The position numbers and the translations under genes were made by a program. Below, in pieces: positions 1-13,796 of a stretch of 64,000 nt of DNA. The first letter of the stretch is position 1; each line of letters begins with the position of its first letter. Source of the stretch: Pristiophorus japonicus (lineage: Eukaryota); assembly GCF_044704955.1 (NCBI RefSeq), contig NC_092000.1:2790001-2854000 (forward strand), read 5' to 3'. The notes below the pieces were generated by a model, which was not told where the DNA came from, searched no databases, and saw nothing but the letters and a program-made list of their open reading frames with translations.

Positions 1-871
1 ATCCCGTGATCCCAGCATTCCATGATAGTGCGAGCAGTTTACAGCACAGGGATTTAAAAAATACAATCTTAAAATTAATTTAAACATTCTTTTGAATTAC
101 ACAAGACACAGAAGGCAGCAAAGGTTCCTTATGATGTCACCGACACCTGCGTGATTCAAATCTATGACATCAAAACAGGAAGTGTTAGCCCATTGACATG
201 CTGCAGGTTCAAGAAATTGCCTGCTATGGTATAAATGGGGAGGAAAATGCAATGGAAAACCAGTGGGATTGCTGAATTGTTGCCGATTTCTGATCAACTC
301 TCATTTCACTGCACCGTAGATTGAATTGCGGGAGAGATGCTGAGTGTTTGCTTGGGGTCTATTTCTGATCTAGAGGGAGAGCGTAGGTTACTCCGACCCA
401 GTCACAATGCAAGTCAGCTCCTCTTCCCCCTTCCTCTTTAAAAAAATAAAATAAAAATGGTGGGAAACCCCTTGGGCAGATTTGCCCGAATTGAGTGGGA
501 TTGACCCAGCAGCCGACACAGAGCAACAGGACCTGGCCGGCAGTCCAGTGCAGGTGGGGGCCAGGAGGCCAACTTTGGCCAGCTGTGTCGGAGCTGCCCC
601 TGGAGCAGCAGAGAGGGCAACTGCATCATTCCAACAGTGACCAGATACTCATCTGAAGGCATTAAAATAGAGATACTGTGTCCTGTAATCAGCTCCCCAC
701 CGAATATCCTTCAACTTTAACCCAACTAAAAGTCAATAGAAAAGGGCCACGGTCACGGAACCTGTCTCCTGATTCGCGGCACTCTGTGGAGCAACGATTG
801 GGACTGGCGGGTTGCGTTGTCTCCGGACAGTGAAGTCCCCAAGCCCTGGGCGGAGACAGCGGGGGGCCCGG

Positions 872-1066
872 CTAGATGAGCCGCTCCTCCGGCGGCAGCT
901 TCAGGGCGTGGTTGACTGGCGTGCGGGCTCCCACTTGCTCCTGCCGGCTCGGGTTGTACGTGCCCTCCTCTCTCCGCTTCCCCTTGAGCTTGATGAAAAC
1001 CACGGCGAGGATGATGACGATGACCAGTGCGCCGCCGATCACACACGGAGCCACGATGGCGGCAAT
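872..1066 (-). CDS. CRB3: CRB3 last coding exon (TM plus cytoplasmic tail)
   Basis: Acceptor tttattgtgacag, then IAAIVAPC...GTYNPS...PPEERLI and TAG stop. Confidence 0.95.
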   Translation of the reverse strand: MAAIVAPCVIGGALVIVIILAVVFIKLKGKRREEGTYNPSRQEQVGARTPVNHALKLPPEERLI

Positions 1067-4000
1067 CTGTCACAATAAATGCAATGTGCGCAGGTCAGCA
1101 AGGCGGAGTTACCCGCCTCCAGACATCAGCAAACCCACATTACTCACATTGTCCCCTACCCCTGAAGGACTCAGGCAACACTGACCCTCCAACAACCTTC
1201 TCCCAATGTCCATGGTAGCCAATTCAACCATGGGGTGCTTCATGGCTGCGCCCCTGTGTATGCGCCAATGGACACCAATCGGGAGGGGAAAGGAAACGTG
1301 GCTGGTTCATTCTCACCCCTTCCCCCCCCCAACCTGGAGACAAGATTCCCGAACCTGCAGACACTAATGGAGATAGGCCTGGCTCCAGCCAACCCACCCT
1401 GACCCAGCCCCCTCCCCCTGACCCGGCCTACAGAAGCGATTGGGCTATGAGGCATGAGTTCGGGACAGTCTGGGCAGGGCGCCTGGAACTCTCCTGAATG
1501 GTGTGGCTCAGGACCAGATCACGCAGTGCAGTTTCCTACTGGATCTGGGGCAAGGGTTAATTTGGGAGCCATCTGCGCCTCTTGGGAAAGAGACAAAGAA
1601 GAGCACTCATCTCAAAATGTGCAACAGAGAGAAATGGGATCTCTCAGGATGAAGAGCCTGAGAGTGTTCACTAGGCTCATCCCAACCCGACCCATCCATC
1701 CACTCCACCAATAAACCCAACAATTCTCAGCAGCATAAACAGAGATTAAACAGAAGCCACAAGCAGGGCGATGAATCTCACCGCATGCTTTCTCGGGGGA
1801 CCATGGCAGGACATTTCCCCTCTCCTCCATCCCTTCATGTTGGAGAGGGCAGCATCAAGTTGAGCTCCGGACTCCATCCCTGCCACTCTACAAGCAGGCA
1901 CCAAGAGAGGCAGCCCAAAGGGAACTCTGTCCAATCCAGCCTATGTGTTGCACCTCCGAGATTACAAACTACTGGAAGGTGATGGGTAGAAGCCCAGCCA
2001 TCAGTCCGTGCACCACGAGTGAAGGCCATTGACACTTGGCCAGTACCCAGCCCCGACCCAACTCAAACTCAATCAGCAAAGGGAAGTGTATCACTTACTG
2101 GTACGTCGGATCCTGGTGCCGGTGTGGAATCCGGGATTGTGGTGTTATTCCCTGCGGTGAAATATCAAAAGGAATTGTGTTTGTAAAAAAAATACAACAT
2201 CGAATGACCAGCGAGAACATTCCCTGGTCCAACGGTGAAACTGGAAAGGGCAATGTCTCCGACAGCAAGTTACTGCGAAAAGTAAGGACCACCAGCATCC
2301 GTTTCCCACACAGGAGGTTCCACTTGGGATCAGTCTCTGCCCACGCAGCGGATCTCAGCTGGTGCAACACTCGGGGTTTAACAATCTCAGCATACAACCC
2401 TCTCCCCACAGGCTCCCCACAGTCCTGATCGGGATTCAGTGACTCGAATGCAATTCAGTGCCGTCGGTGATGGGGACACAAGGTGAGATTCAGTTGTAAT
2501 AAAAAGACTTGCATTTCTATAGCGCCTTTCACGATCACCGGATGTCTCAAAGTGCTTTACACCCAATGAAGTACTTTTTGGAGTGTAGTCACTGTTGTAA
2601 TGTAGGAAACGCGGCAACCAATTTGCGCACAGCAAGCTCCCACAAACAGCAATGTGGTAATGACCAGATAATCTGTTTTTGTGAGGGATAAATATTGACC
2701 AGGACACCGGGGATAACTCCCCTGCTCTTCTTCACAATAGTGTCATGGGATTTTTTACGTCCACTCAAGAGAGAGCAGACAGGGCCTCGGTTTAACGTCT
2801 CATCCAAAAGACAGCATGGTCGATACCCTGATGGCACTGGGACACTTGGGTAAGAGAGAAACAATGTCCACCCTGGGAAATAGACCTCAATAAAAATGGA
2901 AAGGTGTTCAAGGTGGGAGAGAGAAAATCTTTGAAGAGTTTATTTCTTTGTAAAAGAGCACAGCTCTCTTTTGCAATCCACTCTACCTGTTACAGTCACT
3001 TTTAAAGTTAAGACCAAGGTATAAGAAGTTGTGCCAAGTATGGATGGAGCAGGCACAGGAACAAAGTCAAGGCCAGAAACCCACCAAGTTATCGGGCAAG
3101 GGCTCTCTGCTCCGTGGTGCTGCAGCTGGGAGTGGGGCTACCACCTCCCTATAAAAGTGAGAAAATGGAGGGAGAGAGGGACAAAGTACAGAATAAGACT
3201 TTGTTAAACCAGCGATGATGACATAAGCAAGTTGCCAACAGCCTCGCTGGCTAAATGCCCCATGCATAACACGGATTGGAGCCAAGACCCGTTACAAAAG
3301 CAGCAGGAGCACCTTGAAGATCATTCATGAATCAACCCACAGTTATTCGGTAATTCACAAATTAATTGTATTTCACTCACCATCGCAGACAGTATTTAAT
3401 AGCCTGTTGTGAGAATTGAACTTTCATATGCACACCACGGGGTGGGGGGGGGGGGGGGGGGGAGAATGATGCGCACATCTCGACATCTCCCTGAGCTGTT
3501 ATTTTTTTTTCTTGGTGAGGGTTATGAAACCCTCTGCTTTCTTCCTGTCTGACTCCAATTCCCAGAATTGACCCAATATCCCCTCCCAACCCATCTAGTT
3601 CACACTGTAAGCCACCAGACAAATAGGCCTGGACCTTGTTAATGAATAATCCTCGCACAACAGCAAGCTCACTCTCGGAGAACTCGTGCCTTCGTGTTTC
3701 AGGAGGCACCCTGCAGAGAACAAGCACCAATTCCCCGCCCACTTCCTGCTCACTGCACCATTTGGTAATAATTAACCAACAATCACCAAAAAGACAGCAA
3801 ACTCTGTTTGTCACCGCCTCCTGGCCCTGCTTTAAACATTAATTCTCCTAAAATTAACTTCCTCTGGAAAAGCTGTTGTTTCAAGAAAGTATCTTTTATT
3901 CAGGCTGTTTCCCCTGGCAGGAGAGTCTAGAACCAGGGGTCATAGTCTCAGGATAAGGGGTCGGCCATTTAGGACTGAGATGAGGAGGAATTTCTTCACC

Positions 4001-6309
4001 CAGAGGGTGGTGAATTGTCTCTACCCCAAAGGGCTGGGGAGGCTCAGTCGTTGAGTATATTTAAGGCGGAGATCGATGGATTTTTGGAGTCTCGGGGAAT
4101 TAAGGGATATGGGGATAATGGAGTTGAGGTCGAAGATCAGCCATGATCTTATTAAATGGTGGAGCAGGCTCGAGGTCTACTCCTGCTCCTATTTTTTATG
4201 TTCTTATTTCACAGAGAAAGGCACCTTTAGACCAAGAGCTGGGTGGGTGCGGTCACAACAGAATCTGATACAGAAAAGATGTGATAAAGGAATCGGAGAG
4301 CTGGAGATGGAGAGATAAGCACACTGGATCATCGCAAAACAAATTACTCCTCACTAACGCAAACTGAAACACAAAAGGACATGGAGACAGTAGAGAACAG
4401 AAACACAAGCCCTTTCGTACTAGACACCCACACACACAGACAGGCACCCACACAGACGTTTGACAGGCAACACCTTTGTCTATTTCGAGCTCCAAAGAGA
4501 ATTTGTCCTCTGGGGGAATTTGGAGAAGCTGGAACTGGTTAGGCAAATCAGACTCTGCTCCCAGCTTGTGCAGTTTCAGGAAATGTTGCTGTAAATTGTT
4601 AAACTATAAAACACTGAACACAGGCACCAGCCTCAGTAGGAGTTCAAAGTTCCAGGTGACCGTTTATATGGGCCACGTGAAACCGGATAAAGAGCAGCCG
4701 TCTGTTTGCAGTTTAAGTAAATCTTATAAAAACACGGCAGAATATTCCCACTCCTGTTCCTCAGTTTGCTCTCCTGGCCCTGAAGATGTTGACTCACGGA
4801 GTCAGCTCTGCACTGGCAGTCACCTTCCAGTACTGCCTTTATGTGTGAGCTTTGGACATTGAGTGTCAATGCTATTAAACCCTGGGAGGCATCACAGCTG
4901 TGCCCAGTCTTGTCCACACTTCCCAAGCAGGGGCCAGAGGAGAGAGATCAGAAGCAAGAACCAATCCCATAACTCAGCACGGGACTGAACTGGAGCCCCT
5001 CCTGCTCTGAATGGCTCAGTAGCTCAAATGGACAACAACCTGCATTTATATAGCACCTTTAACACAGTGAAACATCCCAAGGCACTTCACAGGAGTATTC
5101 TGCGATAAAAATGTGACACTAAGGCACACAAGGAGAAATTAGTGCGGGTGACCAAAAGCTTGGTCCAAGAGGGAGGTTTTATGGAATGTCTTGAAGAAGG
5201 AAAGAGAGATAGAGAGGCGGAGAGGTTTAGGGAGGGAAGTCCAGAGCTTGGGGCCCAGGCAACAGGAGGCACGGCCACCGATGGTTGAGCGATTATATAA
5301 GGAAAGGACCTGTCAACCAATGGGAGTTAGGGTACTGGAAAGTTGAGCTTTGATTGGCTGACTATTCTCTGGTCATCCTTGACCTTGCTTATAAAATGTC
5401 AGTCACTGTTCTCAGCACAGAGCGCGTCACTGACACTGCCTTCCCTCCCTCCTGTGGGGGAGGCTCACGTCTCCAGTGGTGCCTGGTGCAGAATATGGAG
5501 GCTGAGCCACAGCACATTCAAAATACCTCAACTTCATCCTCACTACATGGGGTGTTGGGAGGGTGGCAGCCTGAGCCCAGCAGTCAGGTCAAACACAGGC
5601 CGGCATTTATTGCCTATCCGGAATTGTCCTCGAGAAGGTGGTACAACCGAGTGTCTCGCTGGGCCAGTTCAGAGGGCAGTTAAACACATTGCTGTGGGTC
5701 TGGAGTCACATATAGGCCCAGACCGGGTAAGGACAGCAGATTTCCTTCCCTAAAAAGGACATTAGTGAACCGGATGGGTTTTTAGAATAATCCGGTAGTT
5801 CCATAGTCACCATTACCGATACTGGCTTTTTAATTCCAAATTTATTTAATTAACTGAATTTAAATTCCCCAGCTGCCATGGTGGGATTTGACTCGTGTCT
5901 CTGGATCATTGGTCCAGAGTCTGGGTTACTGGCCCAGTAACATCACCACTGGGCTACTGTACCCGATGTTACAATGATAATGGAGATACTGACCAATCGA
6001 TCTCCATCAGAGAGTACACCAAACCCAGACATGGGGCGAGGAACCCCTCTGTGGGGGGAGAGCTCTGGGAACCAGAGGTCCAAAGTCCCCTGTTCCCCCC
6101 CCACCCGAGCTCGCTACACGGCATGGCTCACGTTACTCACATACTGGAGCACAAATTCTCCATTCCCTTTTAAAATGAGCCCTGGCCAGGCATGCAGGGG
6201 CTGTCTCCGTTCCACCACCCGTCAAAACTCTGAAAATAATCAACTCACCAGCATTAACTTGAGCAAAGCTTAGCAGAGAGACGGCAAGAAGACACTGCAG
6301 CCTCTCCAT
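872..6309 (-). CDS. CRB3: Crumbs homolog 3, spliced CDS join(complement 6249-6309, 2099-2151, 872-1066), 102 aa
   Basis: Three GT-AG exons join in frame (61+53+195 nt): [102 protein letters not shown]. This gives a signal peptide, a short N-glycosylated ectodomain, one TM helix, the FERM-binding GTY motif and the C-terminal ERLI PDZ-binding motif. The short ectodomain marks CRB3 rather than CRB1/2. Confidence 0.93.
2099..2151 (-). CDS. CRB3: CRB3 middle coding exon (ectodomain)
   Basis: Acceptor tttcaccgcag, donor gtaagt. 53 nt encoding (G)[17 protein letters not shown]; phases match the flanking exons. Confidence 0.85.
5597..5960 (-). mobile_element. Second tRNA-derived SINE family with a LINE-derived tail
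   Basis: Head gtagcccagtggt...gagtcaaatccc. The tail ccaccttctcgaggacaattccggataggcaataaatgccggcct matches the 3' end of the LINE at 15230-16135. Confidence 0.7.
6249..6309 (-). CDS. CRB3: CRB3 first coding exon (signal peptide)
   Basis: ATG, hydrophobic [20 protein letters not shown], phase-1 donor gtgag. Confidence 0.82.
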
Positions 6310-6881
6310 CACAGCCGAGAGCTGCTGCAATCGCGCTGTCCTTCGGTCCTGGTGAAACTCGGGTTAGATAGTTCTGAACATTGCCAAAGCTGTGGGCCAG
6401 GTCCAGCACTGTGATCCTCTCTGGTAGAACCTTCCAGAAGTTTAGTGTTGGAGCTCGGCAGCTGGTAGAACCTTCGCCTGGACTGGTCAAGTGACCCGGT
6501 GTGGCTGGGCTCAGAGTATCCCTGTATCCGTCGCTGTGATATACAGAGGCTGCACCCTCAAAAAGCTGGCGCAAGGATCTTACAGGTCATACAGAATTCA
6601 TTTTTTCCACACGTTAGTTGCCGCTCGGCTCCAGAAAGTACTTTAAAAAAAAAAAAATCACATTGCATTTAATGATACTCAATAACCGTGGCATTATAAC
6701 TAGCTTCAGTATCGCAGGATAAAGGGGGGGATTCGGAGGGAATCAGTCAAGAGATGCTCCTCCTAATTATCTCCCGCGACCCCGCAGGATAATCGGTGAG
6801 AGGAGGATCGGACCCAGTGGTGATGCCCCCCATGGTTAAATGACTTTCAGTGAATACAGACATGGTGGAAATGCCGAAAGG

Positions 6882-7243
6882 CAGCCAGCACCCAGGGACC
6901 CGCTCAACATCACAGCCAGCACCCAGGGACCCGCTCAACATCACAGCCACCCAGGGACCCGCTCAACATCACAGCCAGCACCCAGGGACCCGCTCAACAT
7001 CACAGCCAGCACCCAGGGACCCGCTCAACATCACAGCCAGCACCCAGGGACCCGCTCAACATCACAGCCACCCAGGGACCCGCTCAACATCACAGCCACC
7101 CAGGGACCCGCTCAACATCACAGCCAGCACCCAGGGACCCGCTCAACATCACAGCCAGCACCCAGGGACCCGCTCAACATCACAGCCACCCAGGGACCCG
7201 CTCAACATCACAGCCACCCAGGGACCCGCTCAACATCACAGCA
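6882..7243. repeat. 31/28-bp minisatellite (~12 units) in the CRB3 5'-UTR intron
   Basis: (cagcc[agc]acccagggacccgctcaacatca)n. Confidence 0.92.
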
Positions 7244-8139
7244 ATCTGCCAAACAACAGCAAAACTAACGACAAAGATAAATCTGACAAAGCATTATACG
7301 AGATACCCATTCTCCATGTTTGACTGTGAACACCCAAGGCGCAATTAAGATGCGTTGAGCAGGCCGACTGATGGCTTGTCAATTCACCGCTGTGGAGACA
7401 GGGCCACTAAACAAAACAAAAACGGGAAAGTGCTGAACTCAGCAAATCAGACAGAACCCGTGGAGAGAGGAAACGTCACAAAGCATTTTACAGCCAATGA
7501 AGTATTTGTAGTCACTGTTGTAATCTAGGAAAGGCAGCAGCCAATTTGTGCACAGCAAGCTCCCACAAACAGCAATGTGATAAATGACCAGATAATCTGT
7601 TTGTGATGTTGATTGAGGGATAAATATTGGTCAGGACACTGGGGAGAACTCCCCTGCTCTTCTTCGAAATAGCGATCGTGGGATCTTTTATGTTGGATTT
7701 GGAAAATAAAAGCCATATTGGAGACCCGGAGAATGTGTGAATAAAGCAGGAGAGCTGACAGGGGGTGGGGGGGGGGGGGGAGTGTGAAAATCTGCAGCAG
7801 GTACCAGTGGCCCAGGATTGTGGTGGAGGGAACTGGCCGGTCACCACCTGGGCTATTTAACTGTGGGGGCCTCACTGCCAAACTCCATGCCCCCCAGGGT
7901 ATGAAGAATAGCCGCTTGGGAGGAAGGGATACCAACATGGCACAGCCAGCACCCACCCCCCCAACACAGCTCAGCATCTTCCGGGGGAGCAGGGAAACAG
8001 ACATTGCAATGTCTCTCTCCTCCCAAAATAAAAATAAAAATAAATTCAAGGGAGACAAAATGAACCAGAAGTTCCTGAACTTTAAGAAAGGCAGAGAGTA
8101 ATTGGACTGTGAGAGAGAGAGACACACACTCACTGCCAA

Positions 8140-8730
8140 TTGTGCAGGGTATTGGTGAGGCCACACCTGGATTACTGCGTGCAGTTTTGGTTTCCATATT
8201 TACGAAAGGATATACTTGTTTTGGAAGCAGTTCAGAGAAGGTTCACTCGGTTGATTCCGGGGATGAGGGGGTTGACTTATGAGAAAAGGTTGAGTAGGTT
8301 GGGCCTCTACTCATTGGAATTCAGAAGAATGAGAGGTGATCTTATCGAAACGTATAAGATTATGAGGGGGCTTGACAAGGTGGATGCAGAGAGGATGTTT
8401 TCACTGATGGGGGAGACTAGAACTAGAGGGCATGATCTTAGAATAAGGGGCCACCCCATTTAAAACTGAGATGAGGAGAAATTTCTTCTTTGAGGGTTGT
8501 AAATCTGTGGAATTCACTGCCTCAGAGAGCTGTGGAAGCTGGGACATTGAATAAATTTAAGATAAAGATAGACAGTTTCTTAACCGATAAGGGAATAAGA
8601 GGTTATGGGGAGCGGGCGGGTAAGTGGACCCGAGTCCATGATCAGATCAGCCATGATCGTATTAAATGGCGGAGCAGGCTCGAGGGGCCGTATGGCCTAC
8701 TCCTGCTCCTATTTCTTATGTTCTTATGTA
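8140..8730 (+). mobile_element. CR1 3' fragment
   Basis: RVLVRPHLDYCVQFW...RRMRGDLIETYKI followed by a CR1 3' UTR tail. Confidence 0.88.
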
Positions 8731-8769
8731 TTTTAATGACTCCCGAAACTTGTCACAGCAGCAGACACT

Positions 8770-9070
8770 GACTAGCCAAGGTGGCCATCAACAGGCGCAG
8801 GCGGTCGAGGGGTCGTTCAGCCCGACGGCCTGCCTCTCTTCCATGGCTACGTTCATGCCCGGGTGTCCCTGGAGATGGAGCACACGGTGTCCACCGGCAC
8901 GCTCGCGGCCTTCCACGATCAATGGTCAGCGGAGGGACTGGAATGCATAATCACCCCCGGGAACCAAACTTTAAATTTGATTTGTTAAAAGGTTCCTGTA
9001 ACGTTTTTGTTTGTTTACAGCCTTTATCGGTTGCCCCCTTTAAAAAGGGAGAACATGCTTGACTTTGACT
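8770..9070 (+). mobile_element. Tx1-like LINE 3' fragment
   Basis: Nucleotide similarity to the reverse complement of 25140-25350 (VSLEMEH...ECIITP). Confidence 0.75.
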
Positions 9071-9129
9071 TTTAAATTGCCAATTTCCAGCATGAAGAAT
9101 CAGCAAGACACTGTCTGACACCTCAACAC

Positions 9130-10718
9130 CCACCCCCACCCAGACACCCACACACACACTATCCCCCACCCAGACACACTATCCCCCACAGACACACACA
9201 CTCACACACTATCCCCCACACAGACACACACTCACACACTATCCCCCACANNNNNNNNNNNNNNNNNNNNNNNNNNNNNNNNNNNNNNNNNNNNNNNNNN
9301 NNNNNNNNNNNNNNNNNNNNNNNNNNNNNNNNNNNNNNNNNNNNNNNNNNNNNNNNNNNNNNNNNNNNNNNNNNNNNNNNNNNNNNNNNNNNNNNNNNNN
9401 NNNNNNNNNNNNNNNNNNNNNNNNNACATCCCCCACACAGACACACACACTATCCCCCACACAGACACACACACACACTATCCCCCACCCAGACACACAC
9501 ACTATCCCCCACCCAGACACAGACTATCCCCCACCCAGACANNNNNNNNNNNNNNNNNNNNNNNNNNNNNNNNNNNNNNNNNNNNNNNNNNNNNNNNNNN
9601 NNNNNNNNNNNNNNNNNNNNNNNNNNNNNNNNNNNNNNNNNNNNNNNNNNNNNNNNNNNNNNNNNNNNNNNNNNNNNNNNNNACACACTATCCCCCACAC
9701 ACACACACACACACTATCCCCCACACACACACACACTATCCCCCCCACACACACACACTATCCCCCCCACACACACACACTATCCCCCACACACACACAC
9801 ACACACACACTATCCCCCACACACACACACACACACTATCCCCCACACACACACACACACTATCCCCCACACACACACACACACTATCCCCCACACACAC
9901 ACACACACTATCCCCCACACACACACACACACACTATCCCCCACACACACACTATCCCCCACACACACACTATCCCCCACACACACACACACACACTATC
10001 CCCCACACACACACTATCCCCCACACACACACACACACTATCCCCCACACACACACACACACTATCCCCCACACACACACACACACTATCCCCCACACAC
10101 ACACACACACACTATCCCCCACACACACACACACACACTATCCCCCACACANNNNNNNNNNNNNNNNNNNNNNNNNNNNNNNNNNNNNNNNNNNNNNNNN
10201 NNNNNNNNNNNNNNNNNNNNNNNNNNNNNNNNNNNNNNNNNNNNNNNNNNNNNNNNNNNNNNNNNNNNNNNNNNNNNNNNNNNNNNNNNNNNNNNNNNNN
10301 NNNNNNNNNNNNNNNNNNNNNNNNNNNNNNNNNNNNNNNNNNNNNNNNNNNNNNNNNNNNNNNNNNNNNNNNNNNNNNNNNNNNNNNNNNNNNNNNNNNN
10401 NNNNNNNNNNNNNNNNNNNNNNNNNNNNNNNNNNNNNNNNNNNNNNNNNNNNNNNNNNNNNNNNNNNNNNNNNNNNNNNNNNNNNNNNNNNNNNNNNNNN
10501 NNNNNNNNNNNNNNNNNNNNNNNNNNNNNNNNNNNNNNNNNNNNNNNNNNNNNNNNNNNNNNNNNNNNNNNNNNNNNNNNNNNNNNNNNNNNNNNNNNNN
10601 NNNNNNNNNNNNNNNNNNNNNNNNNNNNNNNNNNNNNNNNNNNNNNNNNNNNCCCCCCCACACACACACACACTATCCCCCACACACACACACACACTAT
10701 CCCCCACACACACACACA
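9130..10718. repeat. Compound (ctatccccc(ac)n) satellite with three assembly gaps
   Basis: Seen directly; N runs at ~9251-9425, 9542-9682 and 10152-10652. Confidence 0.92.
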
Positions 10719-10969
10719 TTGTAGAGGACAGGTGTAACTCCCAATCTCGGTATTGGCTGTGCTCGCAGGGCTGCCTTTGGCGACTCTTATTTTGAAGGAA
10801 AGCCCCAGGAGGGCGAGAGAGCAACCTGTGGATTCAACAACCGTTAAACAAAAAAGGCACATTTTTAAAGAGAGTTCCGACTGGCGGTGAAGGGTGACTG
10901 GGCGCACAGAATCACAGCTCGTTTCCTGAGCCCAGGTAATTGCCCAAAGCACCGCGGAGCGACACTTAC

Positions 10970-11300
10970 CCAAATAACACCAACAAACCCGGCTCCCTCA
11001 CCACTGCTGCTCCGGGGATTGTAAACTCCAACCTTTATTTCTAAAGACTTGATGTTGGCTCGCTGTCTGAAAGGGGTTTGAGCCTGGAGTTAGCGCTCCC
11101 TCTCTCTCTCGCTCGCTCCCTCTCTCCCTCTCTCCCCCTCGCCCTCTCTCCCTCCCTCCCTCCCTCCCTCTCGGTGCTTCTCAGTGCCGGCTCCACCCAA
11201 CATTGCGGATTGCAACACCTGAACCTTTGGTAACCTGAGAAGCAGGACCCAGGGAGAGCTGGCTGATCACAGCCGGAAACCTGCAGTTAAAATATAACCC
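10970..11300 (-). promoter_or_regulatory. CRB3: Putative CRB3 non-coding first exon and promoter
   Basis: Strong minus-strand donor GG|GTAAGT at 10969, in locally CpG-containing non-repetitive sequence with a CT-rich tract. Boundaries approximate. Confidence 0.45.
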
Positions 11301-11706
11301 CCCCAAAAAAAACAAGAATCCACATCCCAATCCTGGAAAATCACAATGTGCTCCTCAATTTCCAACTTTGAACATTACAATTTCACAAATATGTAAACTT
11401 TTAAATCACCTACACCAGTTGCAAAAACTCATTTAAGTTCCTAATTACAACAGTGGCAACAATTCAAACGCCATTCAGTGGCTGTAAAGTGCTTGGAGAT
11501 GTCCCGAGGACGTGAAAGGCGCTATAGAAATGCAAGTCTAGCTTTCTAAATGTTGTGCTCATTAAGTTGAGAGAGCTCAATATTGCGAATAACATATATC
11601 ATTGGACAGAGATCTAGAGGGGAGATGAGATGTTTGCACTCAGTTGTTGGGTTGTGGAACGCTCTACCTGAAAAAGTGGTGGAAGCTGATTGCATAAATC
11701 ATTTTA

Positions 11707-12420
11707 CAGCCTAGTAGACCATGAAAGGTGGCAGATTTGAGGGCCTGATCTTCGAACACTCTTTTCCCCAGGTGCACTGGAGACGGTGTTGAATCTCGCC
11801 CTCCTGTATGGCTCAGAGACATGGACCATGTACAGTAGACACCTCAAGTCGCTGGAGAAATACCACCAACGATGTCTCTGCAAGATCCTACAAGTCCCCT
11901 GGGAGGACAGATGCACCAACGTTAGCGTCCTCGACCAGGCCAACATCCCCAGCATCGAAGCACTGACCACACTCGATCAGCTCCGTTGGGCAGGTCACAT
12001 TGTTCGCATGCCAGACATAAGACTCCCAAAGCACGCGCTCTACTCGGAACTCCTACACAGCAAACGAGCCAAAGGTGGGCAGAGGAAACGTTACAAGGAC
12101 ACCCTCAAAGCCTCCTTGATAAAATGCAACATCCCCACCAACACCTGGGAATCCCTGGCCAAAGACCGCTCTAAGTGGAGGAAGTGCATCTGGGAGGGCG
12201 CTGAGCACCTCGAGCCTCATCGTCGAGAGCATGCAGAAATCAAGCGCAGGCAGCGGAAGGAGCGTGCGGCAAACCAGTCCTACCCTCCCCTTCCCTCAAC
12301 CACTGTCTGTCCCACCTGTGACAGGGACTGTAATTCTCATATTGGACTGTTCAGTCACCTAAGGACTCATTTTTAGAGTGGAAGCAAGTCTTCCTTGATT
12401 CTGAGGGACTGCCTATGATG
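11707..12420 (+). mobile_element. RTE-clade LINE 3' fragment with 5' inversion
   Basis: LLYGSETW, LRWAGHIVRM...RLPK, GGQRKRYKD and a terminal CPTC...HLRTH finger; tatgatg tail; ~11-bp TSD aaat(c/a)atttta. Confidence 0.85.
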
Positions 12421-13796
12421 AAATAATTTTAAAGGGGAGTTGGACAGGTACTTGGGGATGAGGAACTTGGGGTTAGGACAGAAAGCGGGGGAGTGGGACT
12501 AAGCATGGTGGCTCTTTCAATAAGCCGACACAGGAACGATGGGCTGAATGGACTCCTCCTGTGCAGCAAGTTTCTTTGAATCTATTAATTATGGCCCCCA
12601 GTGCAGCGATTGTTCCAATCAATGTAACACAGGTTTACAAGACGGATAACCCATGGGTCCAGTTCTTTGACTCATTCTAACTCATCCACCCCTTCCCAAT
12701 TGCTGCACCACCACTGCTTCTTAAATCACCAGATCACTACTGGCAAGGAAGGCCATTCAGCCCATCTTTATTCATCTAAATGATTCCAGGATTCCCGCCT
12801 CCATTTCTCTATCTGAAGTTCATACCTCGTGTTGATCACTCCATGTGAAGAATTTTCTGACATCAGGTGTTCTATTTCCCTTTCACCTGTTTGAACCTGT
12901 GTTCCCTTCTCCTACTGCCGTAGTTTCGTTTGGAGTAGGGTGCTGGATTTAATCTTTTTATGCCATTTAGTATTTCAGACATGTCTCCTCTTTCCAAGGG
13001 TGAATGGTCTACGTTTCTCCAATCTTTCCGCACAACTCAACCTTCTGAAGCCTGGGATCAAGCTTGTGCTGCTTTCCATAAGCAGGTCTTCAATGACCAA
13101 ATCAGGACATAAACTCCCACAAAAACTAGAATAGGGAAAAGTCATTTGGACCTCCAAGTCTCCTAGTTTCACAGGCCACGCAGTCTCTCCTGCTATACAT
13201 TTTTTATCTCCTAAAAAGGACATTTAGCACAAAAGTGTGCTTAGTTAGCAGTTTTGTGTGGATCTTCACCCACTGAGTTGAGATTCCCTCAACAGATCCT
13301 TTATATCTAATCAGAGAGAGAGGAAACTTACATCCCCATCAGTCTGGGATGGATACAAAACCAGGTCACAGGACAATATATTAACCCATTGCACTTACTT
13401 CTATTCACTGGCAATTAAATGCTGTTATTACGGAACAGCAGAGTTTATCTGGAACTGAAAAAGTTTATCTATGTCCCTTTGTAACTATCTGTTCCCACCT
13501 GCACAACTTACTGTGCCTCATAAACAAGTGTTGTACTGTTGGGAAACACAGCAGCCGTTTTACACATAGGATAAATCCCACAAGCAGCAATGCTTTAACG
13601 ATCAAATAATCTGTTTTTTTTTAGTGATGTTGATTGAGGGATAAAAATAACCTTCCCTGCTCTTCTTCCACCTGAAAGGGCAGACGGGAGCCTCGGTTTA
13701 ACGTCTCATCCATTGTTTTAGGAAGGGAATTCTAGGGCACGAGGCCGCTGACAATGGCAGGGCAAAGGGAGAGTGGGGGATGCACAAGACGCCACA

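Noticed and set aside
3441-3462. Long poly-G/poly-C runs (also ~7767, 14115, 44116, 54983, 56785, 57415)
   Set aside because: Simple homopolymers with no shared context; their lengths are unreliable in assemblies.
6840-7323. Repetitive 142-157 aa ORFs
   Set aside because: Artefact of the 31/28-bp minisatellite.
9159-10973. CVCVWGIV ORFs spanning N runs
   Set aside because: Microsatellite plus assembly gaps.
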